This document shows positions 23,570 through 36,030 of a DNA stretch of 64,000 bases, one piece after another. The stretch's first letter is position 1. Each line of letters opens with the position of its first letter. The translations under genes were made by a program, and so were the position numbers. Source of the DNA: Narcine bancroftii. Lineage: Eukaryota. The DNA lies in the NCBI RefSeq assembly GCF_036971445.1, contig NC_091474.1:32674001-32738000 (forward strand), written 5' to 3'. The notes under the pieces were generated by a model. The model ran no database searches and had not been told where the DNA came from. It saw nothing but the letters and a program-made list of their open reading frames with translations.

Positions 23570-24460
23570 AGAAAACATGAATGGTTTTTTGACAATTGCA
23601 CTGTCTTTTTATACAATTGTGTGTTTAGCATTAGCATGCATGGATACATCTCTTCACTTTTTTTGTTCTGAATGAATTTGACTTTAGTGAACCATACATT
23701 CATGAAGGTAACCATGAAATTGGTTAATCATGGCTAATTCTACATAATTCTGCTTACATATCTGACTTGCCAGAAAATGCATATTGGACTTCATCCAAAG
23801 GCAAAAATTAACTATGAATAGTTTTATAATGCAACATTTTAGAATCCTTGCAGTTGAAAAAGTGGATACTAGGAAATAGATGGAGTAGGTGGGGCTTCAG
23901 ACTGAAGGCAATAAAATCACAATGGAAAGTGGAATTGTCTGAAAGCAGCCTTTATGAAACAATAATTGCACATCTTTTTGTTCACTTAGCATATTGAATT
24001 AACGCGAATTGTGTCAAGATATACTCATTATTTTGAAAAAGGAGCAAATTTCAAATGATCCTTCACTTCCTTTTCTCTCTTTACATCGTCTAACAACAAT
24101 TTTTACACACGACAGCTCACAACGGAACTTAATGTCTTTTTAAATCACAGCATCTTTTGTTTATTGAAAATAAATGCATAAGTTATCCAACTTTAGTGTT
24201 ATTGCATGAATGTTATCCATTCCAACACTGAACTTTGAATGGAGTAATTATAATTATTTCATGCTCTTGCAATAGTAAAGGCCCTGAGCAGAAAGCAAGG
24301 AATGGGTTATGAATGTTTACTTGGATGGTAAAGTGGCCATCTGCAAGAACTGAATAATCCGCTTACAAATATTCCAACACAACTGTTAATGCAAGAATAT
24401 GAAGGTACCTTGGCTGCAGAGTCCCAAAAGGCCTTTTGGAGACAAATGTTTTGGCTAATG
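23570..24460 (-). pseudogene. Candidate first exons of the GREB1-like locus (very degraded)
   Basis: LQKAFWDSAAK..GIFVSGLF ~ FEEVLHNSIEA..PIFSQLY; DTIRVNSI ~ KDLRLVSI; LKSNSFRTKKVKR ~ LKLTTQPKKQKH. Weak matches, supported mainly by position. Confidence 0.3.
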
Positions 24461-25754
24461 AAATTTTTAAAGAATTATATAAAACATAATAAGAAATATA
24501 TTGCTCTTATTGGAAAATAAGTTATTGAAGTTATATTTTATTTATATAAAAAAAAAAGCAAAATGTCCACAACTGTGTTGCTTTCTGACAGCAACAGGAT
24601 GCATTATATGATCATTGCAATTTTGTCAGAAATTCCAAGTAATAATTGTTTTGTACTGTTGTTCTACAAACCCAATGTCTTCATTTTTAATGGCAGGCAG
24701 CAAGCAATCACTGGTTATTTATCATTCTAAGCATTAATGTAACTGAATGCCTCTGTGTGTATTTCTTGTGACTTGGGGAGTGGACTGGACATTATCAGTT
24801 CACAATCAAAGCATCTGATTGGGATTTACTTTGCCTGCAATAAGGAAATAAAATCACATGGCTCTATGGATTAGTTATCAAGGGCATAAGCCGCCCTAAT
24901 GATAAGACAATGATACATGTTTTCCTGCTCTCATCACTTACAGATATAAAGGTTATCCTCATGTCCTCTAATCTGACTCACTGGCTTGAAAACACAATGA
25001 TGGCAAACAACTGAAAAGTCGAATTTTCATCTCTGAAGACAAATTACTCTAGCTGGATAAACGATAGCAAGGGAAATTATGATCTCTTGCTATAAACCAA
25101 ATCGCATTCTCTTCGCCCCTTTCTTCTCTTTTAGCCCATTGCCACTTTTGGTGTCCAGTGTGCAGAGAACATAGAATTTACTTTGCCTTCGACAATGGGG
25201 TTATCCACTCAAATGCAGTTGCCCTTCTATATCCTTACCCGCCCTGCCAAGAATTCACAGATTTTGTAAAACACGAAAATCTGCGGACACTGTGGTTGAA
25301 GTAAAAACGCAAAAGCTGGAGAAACTGAGCAGGTCCAAACAGTGGACTTTACGTAGCAAAGGTAAAAATACAGAACTGGCTTGAGCCCTTCATCAAGGTA
25401 TGGAAAAATGTCAGCAGGCATCCGAACCAAAGGGTGGGGGTGGGGGGAGGGGCGGTCGCAAAGGTGAGAGGTGATAGGTGGAGGAGGGAGGGAGGGAGGG
25501 AGGGAGTGAGTGGACATCAATGATCAAGTGGAGGAAGGATGGCTGGGTGAAGGGAGGAAAAAACTGGTTAGGGAAGGAGGGAGAGCAGGTTAACAAAAAC
25601 TAATGCCATCTGGCTGGAGGGTGGAGGGTGCCCAGATGGAAAATCAGGTGTTGTTCCTCCAATGTGCGGGTGGTCTTGGTGGGACAGTACATAAGGCCGT
25701 GGACAGACATGTGAGTGTGGAAGTGTGACACAGAACTGCAAGGTCTCTGTTATT

Positions 25755-25943
25755 GGTAAAGATAAAGGTTCCATTATTGTCACATGATACTACATTTTTT
25801 TTAGACATACATGAAATTCTTTAACTCTGTCTGTCGTAATTGCCAAGCGCCCTTCACAGGGGATAAGGCCCCAGCGAGGAATGAACTCGCGATCCCTGAT
25901 TTACAAGACCAGTGTTCTAACCACTGAGCTCTCTATCGGAGCC
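25755..25943 (-). mobile_element. SINE-like insertion: tRNA-Thr head plus LINE-like tail
   Basis: The tRNA is followed by ~110 bp ending GTGACAATAATGGAACCTTTATCTTTA, similar to the LINE tail at 50345-50380. It interrupts the Penelope fragment. Confidence 0.7.
25866..25943 (-). tRNA. tRNA-Thr(TGT)-derived pseudo-tRNA
   Basis: GGCTCCGATAGAGAGCTCAGTGGTTAGAACACTGGTCTTGTAAATCAGGGATCGCGAGTTCATTCCTCGCTGGGGCCT closely matches vertebrate tRNA-Thr-TGT, with a small insertion before the D arm and a few substitutions. Confidence 0.75.
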
Positions 25944-27029
25944 TCCAGATGTGGATGTAGGTAAGGTGCTCAGTGAAGTGATCTCCCAATCTGCGCCCAG
26001 CCAGATGGTATTAACATCGACTTTTCAGGTTTCTGCTAAACTGTTGTCCTCTTCCCCCTTCCCCTTTCTCTTCCCCTTTACAGTTCTCCTCCCTCCCTTC
26101 CCCCAGCCATCTCCCTTCCCCTTGATTACTGCTGTCCCCTCCCTCCTTTCTCCATCTATCGCCTCCTGCCTTTGCAACCACCCTTCCCCCCCACTCTTTT
26201 GTTCAGATGCCTGCCGACATTTTCCATACCTTGAGGAGGTGCTCAAGCCCGAAACATCAGTTATGTATTTTACCTTTGCTATAAAAAGGACATTGCTTTT
26301 GACTTGCTGATTTTCACTGGCTTTGCATTTTTACTCATAGATTAACACTATCATGTCTTCTCTCCTTTCTCTATCTAACTAGTCCATTTCTATCCATGCT
26401 GAGCTTTACTAAGAGGCATTTCCTGTTCCTATAGCCCTTGTGACCACCCAACTAGTTACATATGTTTTCCATCAGGCATTTCTCCTGTTTTTTAAAAATT
26501 GATAGTTAATCCTCCTTTAGTCCATTGTGCTCTCCAATACTTTTTATCTGATTTAGGTTCTTCCTCTTCAAATCTTTATCTTTACAAACTAGCTGATCGA
26601 ACCATTCGGGGAATATAACAGCTACTTGGGAACAGGAATAGTTGGTTCATTCAGCTAAGTTCTTTTAAGATGATTATTTTGAAGCTGGCAGATTCAAGAA
26701 TTGCCCACGTAAAGCAAATATTTTGCCTTGATTTGCTCACACATTATCTCCTTTCTTCCAGTCATCTTTCTCTGTCTCATTCCTGATTGGTGAATCTATC
26801 AACAACCATCTGAGACTTCGGTCTCTGGGATCTAGACAACCAAGCAAAATAGTAGGGTGCTGGATGAAAAAAATTATTGAATTCAAGCCATCAAGTCTGG
26901 GACTTCCTTTGCATTTGCAGGATATCCAGATTGCTCTCTGTTCTGTATTGGTTTCATGCTGAACATTTGCAGCCTCCAAGTAAATATTGGACCTGGTATA
27001 TGTAGCTCTCAGGTCACTCTTCTGAGTGT

Positions 27030-27432
27030 TACCATGTAACCCAGTACTACCTGTCGCATGGTAAGGTGGACGGTGACTAAACCTGCTCCACCACGAGGCT
27101 TGCCTGGTGAGGAGGGTGCCTGGACACCCTGCAGGATGAAAAACCAGACCTGTCAAAGGGCAGATGAACCCTCTTGTAGGGTCAACGGCCATCTAGCAAA
27201 CATGTGCCGTGAAGCGCGGAAACAGCATCCCTTGGATCGAAGCTTAGTCTTGCCACTCACTGCAACAGAACTTCCCCCAGCCGTCTTGATCTGGGAGGGG
27301 ATGTCGAGAGGGTGGGTCTGGATCTGTACAACCCCTCCTCACCTAAATCCATTTATGCACATACTGTCCCTTTCGGAGGAGTGGGGTATTCTCATATCAA
27401 ACCCACAAACTGACTGAAAAGAACCATCATCA
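27030..27432 (+). mobile_element. Probable non-autonomous retroelement (RTE-like 5' UTR plus CAT tail)
   Basis: Discrete GC-richer block ending CATCATCA. No convincing ORF. Confidence 0.3.
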
Positions 27433-27799
27433 GCTTATGGGACGGATAGCCAGAATATGTAGCTGAACATATTGAGTTAAAAATTAGAACAAATAAATAA
27501 ACTATTGTTTAAGTTAAAATGATATAAACTATTACTCATTTTAGACAACATTTAAATTAACTTTTACCCTCAGTAACAATCATAGAAAAAGTAAAAGATT
27601 TTTATAGACCTGCTGATTACACATTAGATCTTAGCTAATGTCTATGCCACAGTTTTAAATTAAAAGCTTGGTAACCTGCCCGGGTTCAATTATTACATTA
27701 GCTATGTTGTGATGAAATAATATAAAGAAGTTGTGAATTGGGAGCCGGTTGCCTGAATTAGATCCATTGTACTCTTTAAAGATGAAATCCATGACCCAA

Positions 27800-28530
27800 G
27801 TCAAGTCACGTTTATTGTCATCTGATTGCACAAGTACAGCCCATCAAAACAGCGTTCTCCAGTCCTCTGTGCAAAACACGCAGACACACAACCAGCCATT
27901 ACATACATACAGACAAACACTACATATGCAGGACATGTATTCATATCTACAAATAAATAAATATTGTTCTGTCAATATGAGAGTCTCAGAGGGTTAGTGT
28001 GAGCAGTTCCTTTGATCGTTCGATATTCTCAGTGCCCGTGGGAAGAAGCTGATCCTCAGCCTGGTGGTGCTGGGTCTGATACCCCTGTATCTCTTTCCCA
28101 ACAGGAGCAGCTGTGTGCAAGGTGAAAGGTGTTGTCAATAATTTTGTATACCCTCCTCAGACAGTGATCCCAGTAGATCAAGTCGATGGGGGGGGAGGAG
28201 GGAGGGAGACTCCAGTGATCCCCTCTGCCACTCTTATGGTCCTGTGGATTGATCTCTCATCCATTTCTCTGCAGCCACCTCATTGCACTGTGATGAAGCC
28301 AGCCAAGACACTCTTAGTAGAGCTCCTAGAGAAGGATGACATAATCATGGTGGGGTATCCTTGCCCACTTTAGTTTTCTCAGGAAGTGCCCTCACTGTTG
28401 ACAATAGGACACTAGTTAAGTGAACTCCAAGGAACATGGTGCTCTCTACTCTCTCCAAAACTACTGAGGTTTTGATGTGTCGTGTAGGGTGGTCGTTCCT
28501 GTCCTCCTGAAGTCTATGATCATCTCCTTC
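27800..28530 (-). mobile_element. Rex/Babar-type LINE 3' fragment
   Basis: ERVESTMFLGVHLT; AAGTCAAGTC tail at the left end. Confidence 0.75.
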
Positions 28531-28889
28531 ACCAAAAGATGAAAGATCAAAAGCATCCCTCCGACACATGAAGTAAGCTCACACATTGCTTTCCTGAGCT
28601 GCCACTTGAAGCAATACCGCAGTTCATTTGTTTAAGTTATTAAACATGTCAACTTAAGCCGATGGATTTCAGGACCAAAGAAGCTGGATACAGACTGAGC
28701 TTTGGTCTTGCATTGTAAGCAAAAGACACTTAGATTGAAATAATCCCACTGAATGTGATTTGCATGTATCCATGTTCTGTAAAGCCCAGGAGAATACATG
28801 CTTACAGCTATCTTGTTGAAGTGGCTAGATGCATCTTGTTGATAGGTACTAAAAGATACATAAACTGTTTCTCTACTCACAGATTGTGC

Positions 28890-31630
28890 AGATTGTTACA
28901 ACATAGTATATAGAAGATGCCCTTTGGACCACAATGTTGTGCTGACTTATACTATATATTCCAACTAAAAATATAAATTTTAAAAAAAATAAACCCTTCC
29001 TGCCTCATAACCTTCTATTTTCTATTCATGTGCTTGACTAGGAAACTCTTAAATGCCTTCAATGTTTCATCCTCCACCATCATCCATGGCAAGGCCTTCC
29101 ATAAAAAATTTACCCTAATGTCTCCCCTAAACTTCCCTTCTTTTACTTTGTAGAGATATCCCCTGGTGTTTGCTATTCCTGCCCTGGGAAAAAGGCACTG
29201 GCTGTCTACCTTACCTATGCCTCTCAGAATCTTGTAGACCTCTACTAAATCTCCTCTCGTCCTTCTTCGCTCCAAAGAAAAAAGACCCAGTTCTACTAAC
29301 CCTGCTTCATTAGAGTTATTTTCCAAACCAGGCAACATCCTGATAAATCTCCTCTGCACCTTCTCCTTAGCTTCCACGTCCTTCCTATAAAGAGATGACA
29401 AGAACTGAACACAGTACTCTAAGCGTGGTCTCACCAGATATTTGTAGAGTGGCAATGTGACCTCTCGACACTTGCATTCGATCCTTCTATTAATGAAGCC
29501 CAGCCTTAACTATCCTATCAATCTTGCAGCAGCCTTGAGAGATATATGGATTTGGACCCCAAGGTCCCTCTGTTCCTCTCCTCTGGTCAGTATTCAACCA
29601 TTAACCTTGTACTCAGTCTTCTAGTTTGACCTTCCGAAATGCATCACCTCACACTTGTCCGGATTGAATTCCATCTGCCACTTTTCTGCCATCTCTGCAT
29701 TCAGTCTATATCTTTTTGCAATCTTTAACATTATCTGTACCTCCTCTAGCCTTTGTATCATCTGCAAACTTACCAACCCATCCTTCCACATCTTCATCTA
29801 GGTCATTTATAAGAATCATTAAGTGCAGGGGTCCCAGAACAGACCCCTGTGGAGCTCAATTAGTCACTGAACTCCAGGCAGAATACCTTCCATCCACAAC
29901 TACTCCTTGCTTTCTACATGCAATCCAATTTTTAATCCCTAGAGTCAAGGTTCCTTCGATCCCATGGCTCATGACTTTCTGAATGAGTTTCTCATCAGGG
30001 ACCTCGTCAAATGTCTTACTACAATTTATATAGACCACATCTCCCACCCTACCTTCATCAAATTCCATTGTTACTGCCTAAAAAAAATAATTTAGGCTCC
30101 TGAGGCATGTTCTTCCCTTCAAAAAGCCATGCTGACTATCCTTGAGTAGACTGTACATCTCCAAATGCTCATAAATGCAATCCTTAAGAATCCTCTCCAA
30201 TAGTTTGCATACCACTGTCGTAAGATTTACCGGTCTTCTCCCTATTATCTTTTTTAAACAAGGGGACCACATTTGCCATTCTCCAATCCTCTGGCCCAGG
30301 AGGACTCAAAGATAATAGCTAATGCCCCTGTATCTCTTCTCTCCTTTCCCACAGCAACCTGGTGTATATCTAACTTGATGGTTTAAGTCAGGGGGCCAAA
30401 ATTAAAAACTTGGACTAAGTCGAGGGCCGAACTAAATATTTATTGAAAATTTTCAACAACATCTGCATGTTTTCTCTTCTTTCAACATATGTAATGTTAA
30501 ACTTTTTCTTATTAAAATAAATGTTTAATAATAGTTTTGGATAAACTCTTTCCAGAAGCATTAACAAATGAGAAATAAAATATTCAATAAATAATATTTC
30601 TCTAAAGAGGATTTGTCAAATGTTGCTAGTGTGCTGTCGAATAGTAAAATCTGAGGGCTATTGAGAATGTGGGAGAATAACATGATTCCTGAAACAATCA
30701 AATGGGTGACTGATTGTGGGTTATTTGCCATGCCCTTTTTCCATTGGTACAGATATCCTTTGATTTACACACTTTTCAAGTTTTATGCCTAATGAGCTTG
30801 TATCCAGGTGCAGGACCATTTTTAACCAGGAATATATTTATCACTGTGACATGAAACTATTGGAAGATCGTTTTATCCTGAGATTAAAGTTCATAATACT
30901 TACTCAGGCCTGTGTGCGGGAGGGCGGGGTTTGCGGGCGATTGGGTTGGACAATGACAGTGCGGGGGCATCGGCTCTCGCTGCAGGGCGGCATCTCGGCG
31001 GATCAGCGGCCCTGTCACCGTGAGTCGCGGATCGGCCTGCAGCAGGGAGGGGGAGTGGGCAACGGTCCTGGTGAAGTCAGGCCTGAGGCCTCCGGTTCAG
31101 GGCGCTGGGAAGCGTCCTTGGCTTCCCCTGACACCGGCCAGGCCCCAAAACCAGAGTCCATGATGAGACCCTGCAACGTAAACAGAGGAGGTGGGGGCGA
31201 TTAGCAGGCTGACGCCAATGCATTCTGGGATTTGTTGTATTACTGTGCATGCGTTATACTGGCGCGGCGGCCAGCGGGCCACCTCTAATACATTTTTGAA
31301 ATTATCTTGCGGGCCAAATATAATTATATCGTGAGCCAAATTTGGCCCGCGGGCCAGAGTTTGACATGTGTGCTTTAAGTGGATCCAAAACGTTCTCTTC
31401 CTTAATCTCAACATCATCCAGCACACAAGCCTATTCTATTCTACCCTCACACTGATCAAGGTCCTTCTCTCTGGTGAATACTAAAGCAAAGTATCCATTT
31501 AGGACCTCCCCAACCTCCTCTGCCTCCAGGTATGTTGCCTCCTTGGTCCTTAAGTGGACCCACCTTCATTCTCATCTGTTCTTCACATACACATAGAGTG
31601 CCCCGGGGTTCTCCTTAATCCTACATGCCA
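28890..31630 (-). mobile_element. CR1 LINE (ORF2 RT to 3' end), interrupted by a hAT element
   Basis: RPVNLTTVVCKLLE..SQHGF, DVVYINCSKTFD, LYKYLVRPRLEYCVQF..VQRRF. Confidence 0.92.
30389..31372. mobile_element. Non-autonomous hAT (Charlie-like) element
   Basis: CAGGGG start and GGCCCGCGGGCCAGAGTTTGACATGTGTG end; 8-bp TSD GTTTAAGT/CTTTAAGT. The CR1 sequence continues on both sides. Confidence 0.8.
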
Positions 31631-32928
31631 CATAAACCCTTCAACTATTGCTTTCTGGGAATTGTAGAAATGTCAGACACTGAAATGAGCCCTTTCATTC
31701 CATCTCCTTCATATTGACCATGATCCTCTGCACCTAACCTATTTAACCTCCTGTCCGAATGCCTATTAAACATCAAATGCTTCATGTAAAGAAGTTTGTC
31801 TGGCCATATGGCGCTTTGGGCTCTGAGATATTTGAGAATACAAACAAATTATAGTTCTTCCTCATTCTACTGCTCCCTTTCCATAGAAAACTGACAAAAG
31901 TGGTTGGCTTGACAACCATTTTATCAGTATCCCCTTGGATGTGTTTGTTCATGACAGATTGACTGAAATATCTGTTTACTCTGATAACTCGGACGATGCC
32001 TGGGAAATAAAAGTTCAGGTCTGCGGCCACATTCACTGCCTCTGTCATTGCTGTCATTGGGAAAAGAGATAAGTCGGGTCTCACAACCATCATGATTCAG
32101 TCAGTACCTCTTTGATGAAACAGACCCTCCAAACCTGTCACTCCCAGATTATGTTTCTCATTTATTATACATTTCCCACACAAGAGGAAGCCATTCAGTC
32201 TATCACGTCTATGCCAGAGATCAGAACATTCATGTCAGCTCACTTCACAACTTGTAACTTGTTCTCGTTCACTTGCCCAATGCCTCTCCCTCCCTCCCTC
32301 CCCATACTCTTTCACTCACCTAAACTGGTGGCAATTTACAGCAGCTAATTAACATGCCAATCAGCACCTCTCTGGGAAAGGGAGAAAACTTGATAACCTG
32401 AGTAGAAGTCACTCCATCACAGGGAAAAAAAAACATGCAAACTCTGCCCAGAGAGTACCCAAGCTCAGGGTCAAACCCAGCTCACTGGAGTTGCGCAGTT
32501 ACAACACAAACTGCTGCACCAGTGCAAATGGCAACCTTTTCTACTGCTTCTCCCTGATCACATCTCCCTTAATAAAGGAGCAACAGCTCACAATTGTCTG
32601 TGGTGCCTATCAGTCAATTGCCATTCATGCTTTAAAAATAGAACAGCAGTTCAAATTTTGATAATAACTTCTTGCATGCCTGGAATGTTGCTGGTCTGAA
32701 ACGGCCATTTTATTCATGGAGCTTAAACCAGGCTTCTTTGCAATACATCAAATCCACTTCACTTGTTACGATTAAGTATTTTACCTCGGCTTGTCCCTCA
32801 GAGCAATTAGACTTGAGTAGGAATTGGACAGAATGATATCTGCTATTCTGAGTCTTTTCATGTTCAAGGTAAGAGCTGTGGCATAGATAATTCCTCAAAC
32901 AAAAAGTAGTCAATTTTTTGCACCACGG

Positions 32929-33055
32929 TCAGATCCCTGGGTTATGAATGAGATTCGTTCCTGTCTTCAAGTTGAATTTGTAGGTAAGTCGGGACAGGTA
33001 TATACGGTTCTTATTTAGCATCAGTTCATCAAATGTTTGTCTTAGTGTATGTACT
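32929..33055 (+). mobile_element. Tigger/pogo-like terminal fragment
   Basis: GGGTTATGAATGAGATTCGTTCC..TTTGTAGGTAAGTCGG subterminal motif. Confidence 0.45.
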
Positions 33056-33059
33056 AATT

Positions 33060-33860
33060 ATCCTATCCGTTCCCCTCATTATGCCGTAGACCTCTATCTG
33101 AACACTCCCCCTCCCATACAGCCCCTACCTCAGGCTTCAGGGTAAACAAGCTCAGCTTGGCAATAATGCAGCCGAGGCAACATATAAGATGAATCTGCTC
33201 TGTCTCTCTGCAGTGCAACACATTCTGCCGAGAGGGTGTTGACTGGAGCTGCACACAAGTCTTCAGCTGTTGTTTAAACTGATGCCACTGACCGAGGACT
33301 CCAAGAAAGTCATCGGGACCTTGGTATAATGTCATCCCTGAGAAAAGGCATTCTGGGAAAATAGAATCAGCACATTCTTCGACTGAGCATGGAAACTTCG
33401 GTTTTGCTTCCTGTGCTTTGATCTTGGAGGCTGAACAAACCCCAGCCATTGACACAAGCTTGGGTGCCTCCACACCTAGCATGGGGGTGACTTGAAAGGT
33501 GCACAAGGGTGCATTGAATGTGAAGGACAGGCGAGACTTGGGCTGGACTCCTGTGTGTGGATGTCGGGCCCTCCTGGGGCGATTTTCAAATGAATGGATG
33601 CAACAGGTCATTTCATTTGTTGGCACTCTTTCCAACCAGTTGTGGGGACTTCATTACCGATTGAGGATCGTGAAACCAGCACATGTGGGAGTGCTGCTGA
33701 AGTCGCCATCAAGGAGGCAATGTGATCTGTGTCAGGTGTTCATTACCTGGGGACTACCTGTATTTGCTTAGCATCTGGAATGATAGCAACTTTATTGAAA
33801 CAGGTACAGTCGGGAGAAGTCTTTACAGGGCAAATGTGGAAAGGTTGTCTCCAACTGTTG
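33060..33860 (+). mobile_element. Degraded Tx1/L1-clade ORF2 C-terminal fragments
   Basis: KLSLAIMQPRQ ~ AKLAIxxSRQ, and a DL..KVHKGAL motif. Many disruptions. Confidence 0.4.
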
Positions 33861-34829
33861 GAGTTAAATGAAGCCTGCAAGACGCTGGGGTCAAGTGCAA
33901 CACACAAACTTGCTGGAGAAAATCAGCAGGTCATGGAGCATCCATTGGACGCAAAGGGTAACCAATTTTTCTGGCCTGGGATTGCTGGAGAATTGTGACC
34001 TTGGGATTGTTATTTAAAACTGAGACAAGGCTTTTTTTGAATACTTTTCAAGGTAATGGTAGATTCTGGATTATGAAAGGATTGACATGTACTTGCAGGT
34101 AAATGGGAATGCTGAGTTAAGGTTACAATGATCTTATTGAAGAGAAGTGTTACTGCAAAGGATAGTTAGTCAAATCCTGCTCCTGATCTATTTGCTTGTA
34201 TGTGTCCAACTCAGATGGGGTGGAGGACATAGTGCATTTTGGTTCTGGCATTATAGGAGTAAATCCTCAAAATTTGATCTTTAATATTTCAATCCTATGA
34301 TTTACCAGCTTGCAATAAATTATCTTCAAGGAAACTTTCCCAGATCCTATATATTATACCTTATGGAAAACAACAGCAACAAAGGATCATTGAATGTTCT
34401 TCAATGATAATGTAAAGTTTTTAGTTTATATTATATTATATTATGATAACTCTTTATCTGATACAAGCATTAAAAGATTCAAGACATCAGAGCAAATGTC
34501 CAAGGAAGCCAACAAAAATGTTTTCCTTAAAAATAGCATTTAATCTGTTTGTTCCTTCTTAAATCAAACATCATGCAGCTCTTGCAACAAATTTACCCCT
34601 TTCCCATTTTACTAACACAGGGCAAGGTTTTCCTACACGTGTAGAAATGTGTACAGCAGGGACATGAATCAAACACATGGCCTACCTGCATGTTGGTGGA
34701 ATGCTTCGGGTAGCTCGATGTGCTCAGGAGGGCAATGGGTTGGATTTTGAATGCTGCCTGCAAATAGTTATGGTACTGCATGGCAAACCAAGTAAGCTTA
34801 TATTGCAATGGCTCTATGCACCTGTAATC

Positions 34830-36030
34830 AGCTTTTACATGAGGCAAAACTCATTTCACTGGCTCTACACTAGGCCTGACACACCTGGACAACAAAGACG
34901 TCTACGTCAGGATGTTCTTTATTGACTACAGTTCAACATTCATCTCTTTCATTCCCCTTAGAACTGATCAGCAGAATCCAAGACCTACAGTTCACCAACC
35001 CTCTGGGTAATTGGATCCTTAATTTCCTCACCTCCAGACCACAATCAGTGGGGAGTGGAAAGGATATCTCCTCCATAATTTCCATCAGTACCTAAGCTGT
35101 GTTCTTAGCCCCCTGCTCTACTTGCTTTTCAGCTATTACTGCGTGGCTCTGTATGACAATAACACCATCTCCAAATTTGCTGACGATACCCAATAATGGG
35201 TTATAATAAAGGGATGATGGGACAGTATACAGAAGGGAGATTGAAAACTTGGCTGAATGATGCACTAACACCAACCTCACACACAATATCTCTAAAACCA
35301 AAGAGCTGATTGTGGACTTTAAGAGGGGAAAACTTGAGATGTACAATTAAGTGATCAATGGGGGAATCAGGGGTATAGAGGGAGAGCAAATTTAAATTCC
35401 TGGGAGTTACTATCTCCGAGGACCTTTCCTGGATCCAACACACTAATGACACTGCATGTCAGTGCCTCCACTTCTTCAGGAGTTTGTGGAAAGTGTGCTG
35501 ATTGGCTGCATCATGCCCCTGGGATGGTGCCACCAATACCTTTGAGTGGAAAGTCCAGTAAAGTTAGTGGACACAGCCCAGGAACATTTCAGGAAAAACC
35601 CTCCTCGCCATCTACTTGGAGCACTGCTTTTGGAGAGCTGCAGTAACCATCAAGGATCCACACCACTTAGGACATGGTCTGTTCGCACTACTGCCATAAG
35701 GAAAGAGGTATGGGTGTTGTACGACTCGCGTCACCAGGTTGAGGAACAGCTACTACCTCTCCACCATCAGACTCCTCAACAACAAACTCAATCAGAGACT
35801 AATTTAAACAATTACTTTGCATATTATTTATTATTGAATATTTATTTTCTGCTATTACATGGTCAGTTTCTTTGTCTTTCTTTCTTTGTTTACATTTTTC
35901 ACTTTTGCATACTTTTTTTCACAATTTTGAGTACAGTTTATTTTGCACTACCGATTATTAGTAATTCTGCCTGTCCACCAGGAAAAGAATCACAGAATTG
36001 TAGGTGTTGTCATGTATGAACTTTCAACTT
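34830..36030 (+). mobile_element. Rex/Babar-type LINE fragment
   Basis: CVLSPLL..ISKFADD..KTKELIVDF..FKFLGVTISEDLSW. Confidence 0.88.

Larger units (their letters stand above)
3587..24460 (-). pseudogene. GREB1-like: Divergent GREB1/GREB1L-family gene, intron-containing, with many stops and frameshifts (overall span; 5' end approximate)
   Basis: At least 15 minus-strand segments, many bounded by AG/GT, translate to peptides colinear with remembered GREB1 motifs: MEYQGTSHF~IFKGHGNF; SNCLRWGGPLL~SKSLQWGITSPLL; RYSQL..AIQQ~RYPRL..LIQQ; FIELEDSKCKLF~YLELEGLPCILI; VILPGP..GVKLTG~LLLSGPPQIGKTG; QMKRWLI~VMKKQIV; EWPFR..FIFTG~EWQFR..FFLTG. Confidence 0.78.
25270..26335. mobile_element. Penelope-like element 3' fragment with inverted pseudo-LTR
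   Basis: The minus strand 25998-25270 encodes a GIY-YIG-type end (LGDHFTEHL..LEEQHLIFHLGTL). 26000-26335 is the same 3' sequence on the plus strand. Confidence 0.75.

Noticed and set aside
3587-24460. Intact GREB1 or GREB1L gene with sequencing errors
   Set aside because: There are many substitution-type stops and TE insertions in coding segments, while nearby young TEs have clean ORFs. Similarity is also far lower than expected for these conserved orthologs.
25866-25943. Functional tRNA-Thr gene
   Set aside because: Insertion before the D arm, altered T loop, no nearby Pol III terminator, fused to a LINE-like tail and inserted within a TE.
30785-31426. 139-aa and 109-aa ORFs
   Set aside because: They lie within the GC-rich interior of a non-autonomous hAT element and have no transposase motifs.
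33063-33635. 190-aa minus-strand ORF as a gene
   Set aside because: No recognisable domain or splice context; it overlaps degraded plus-strand Tx1-like sequence.
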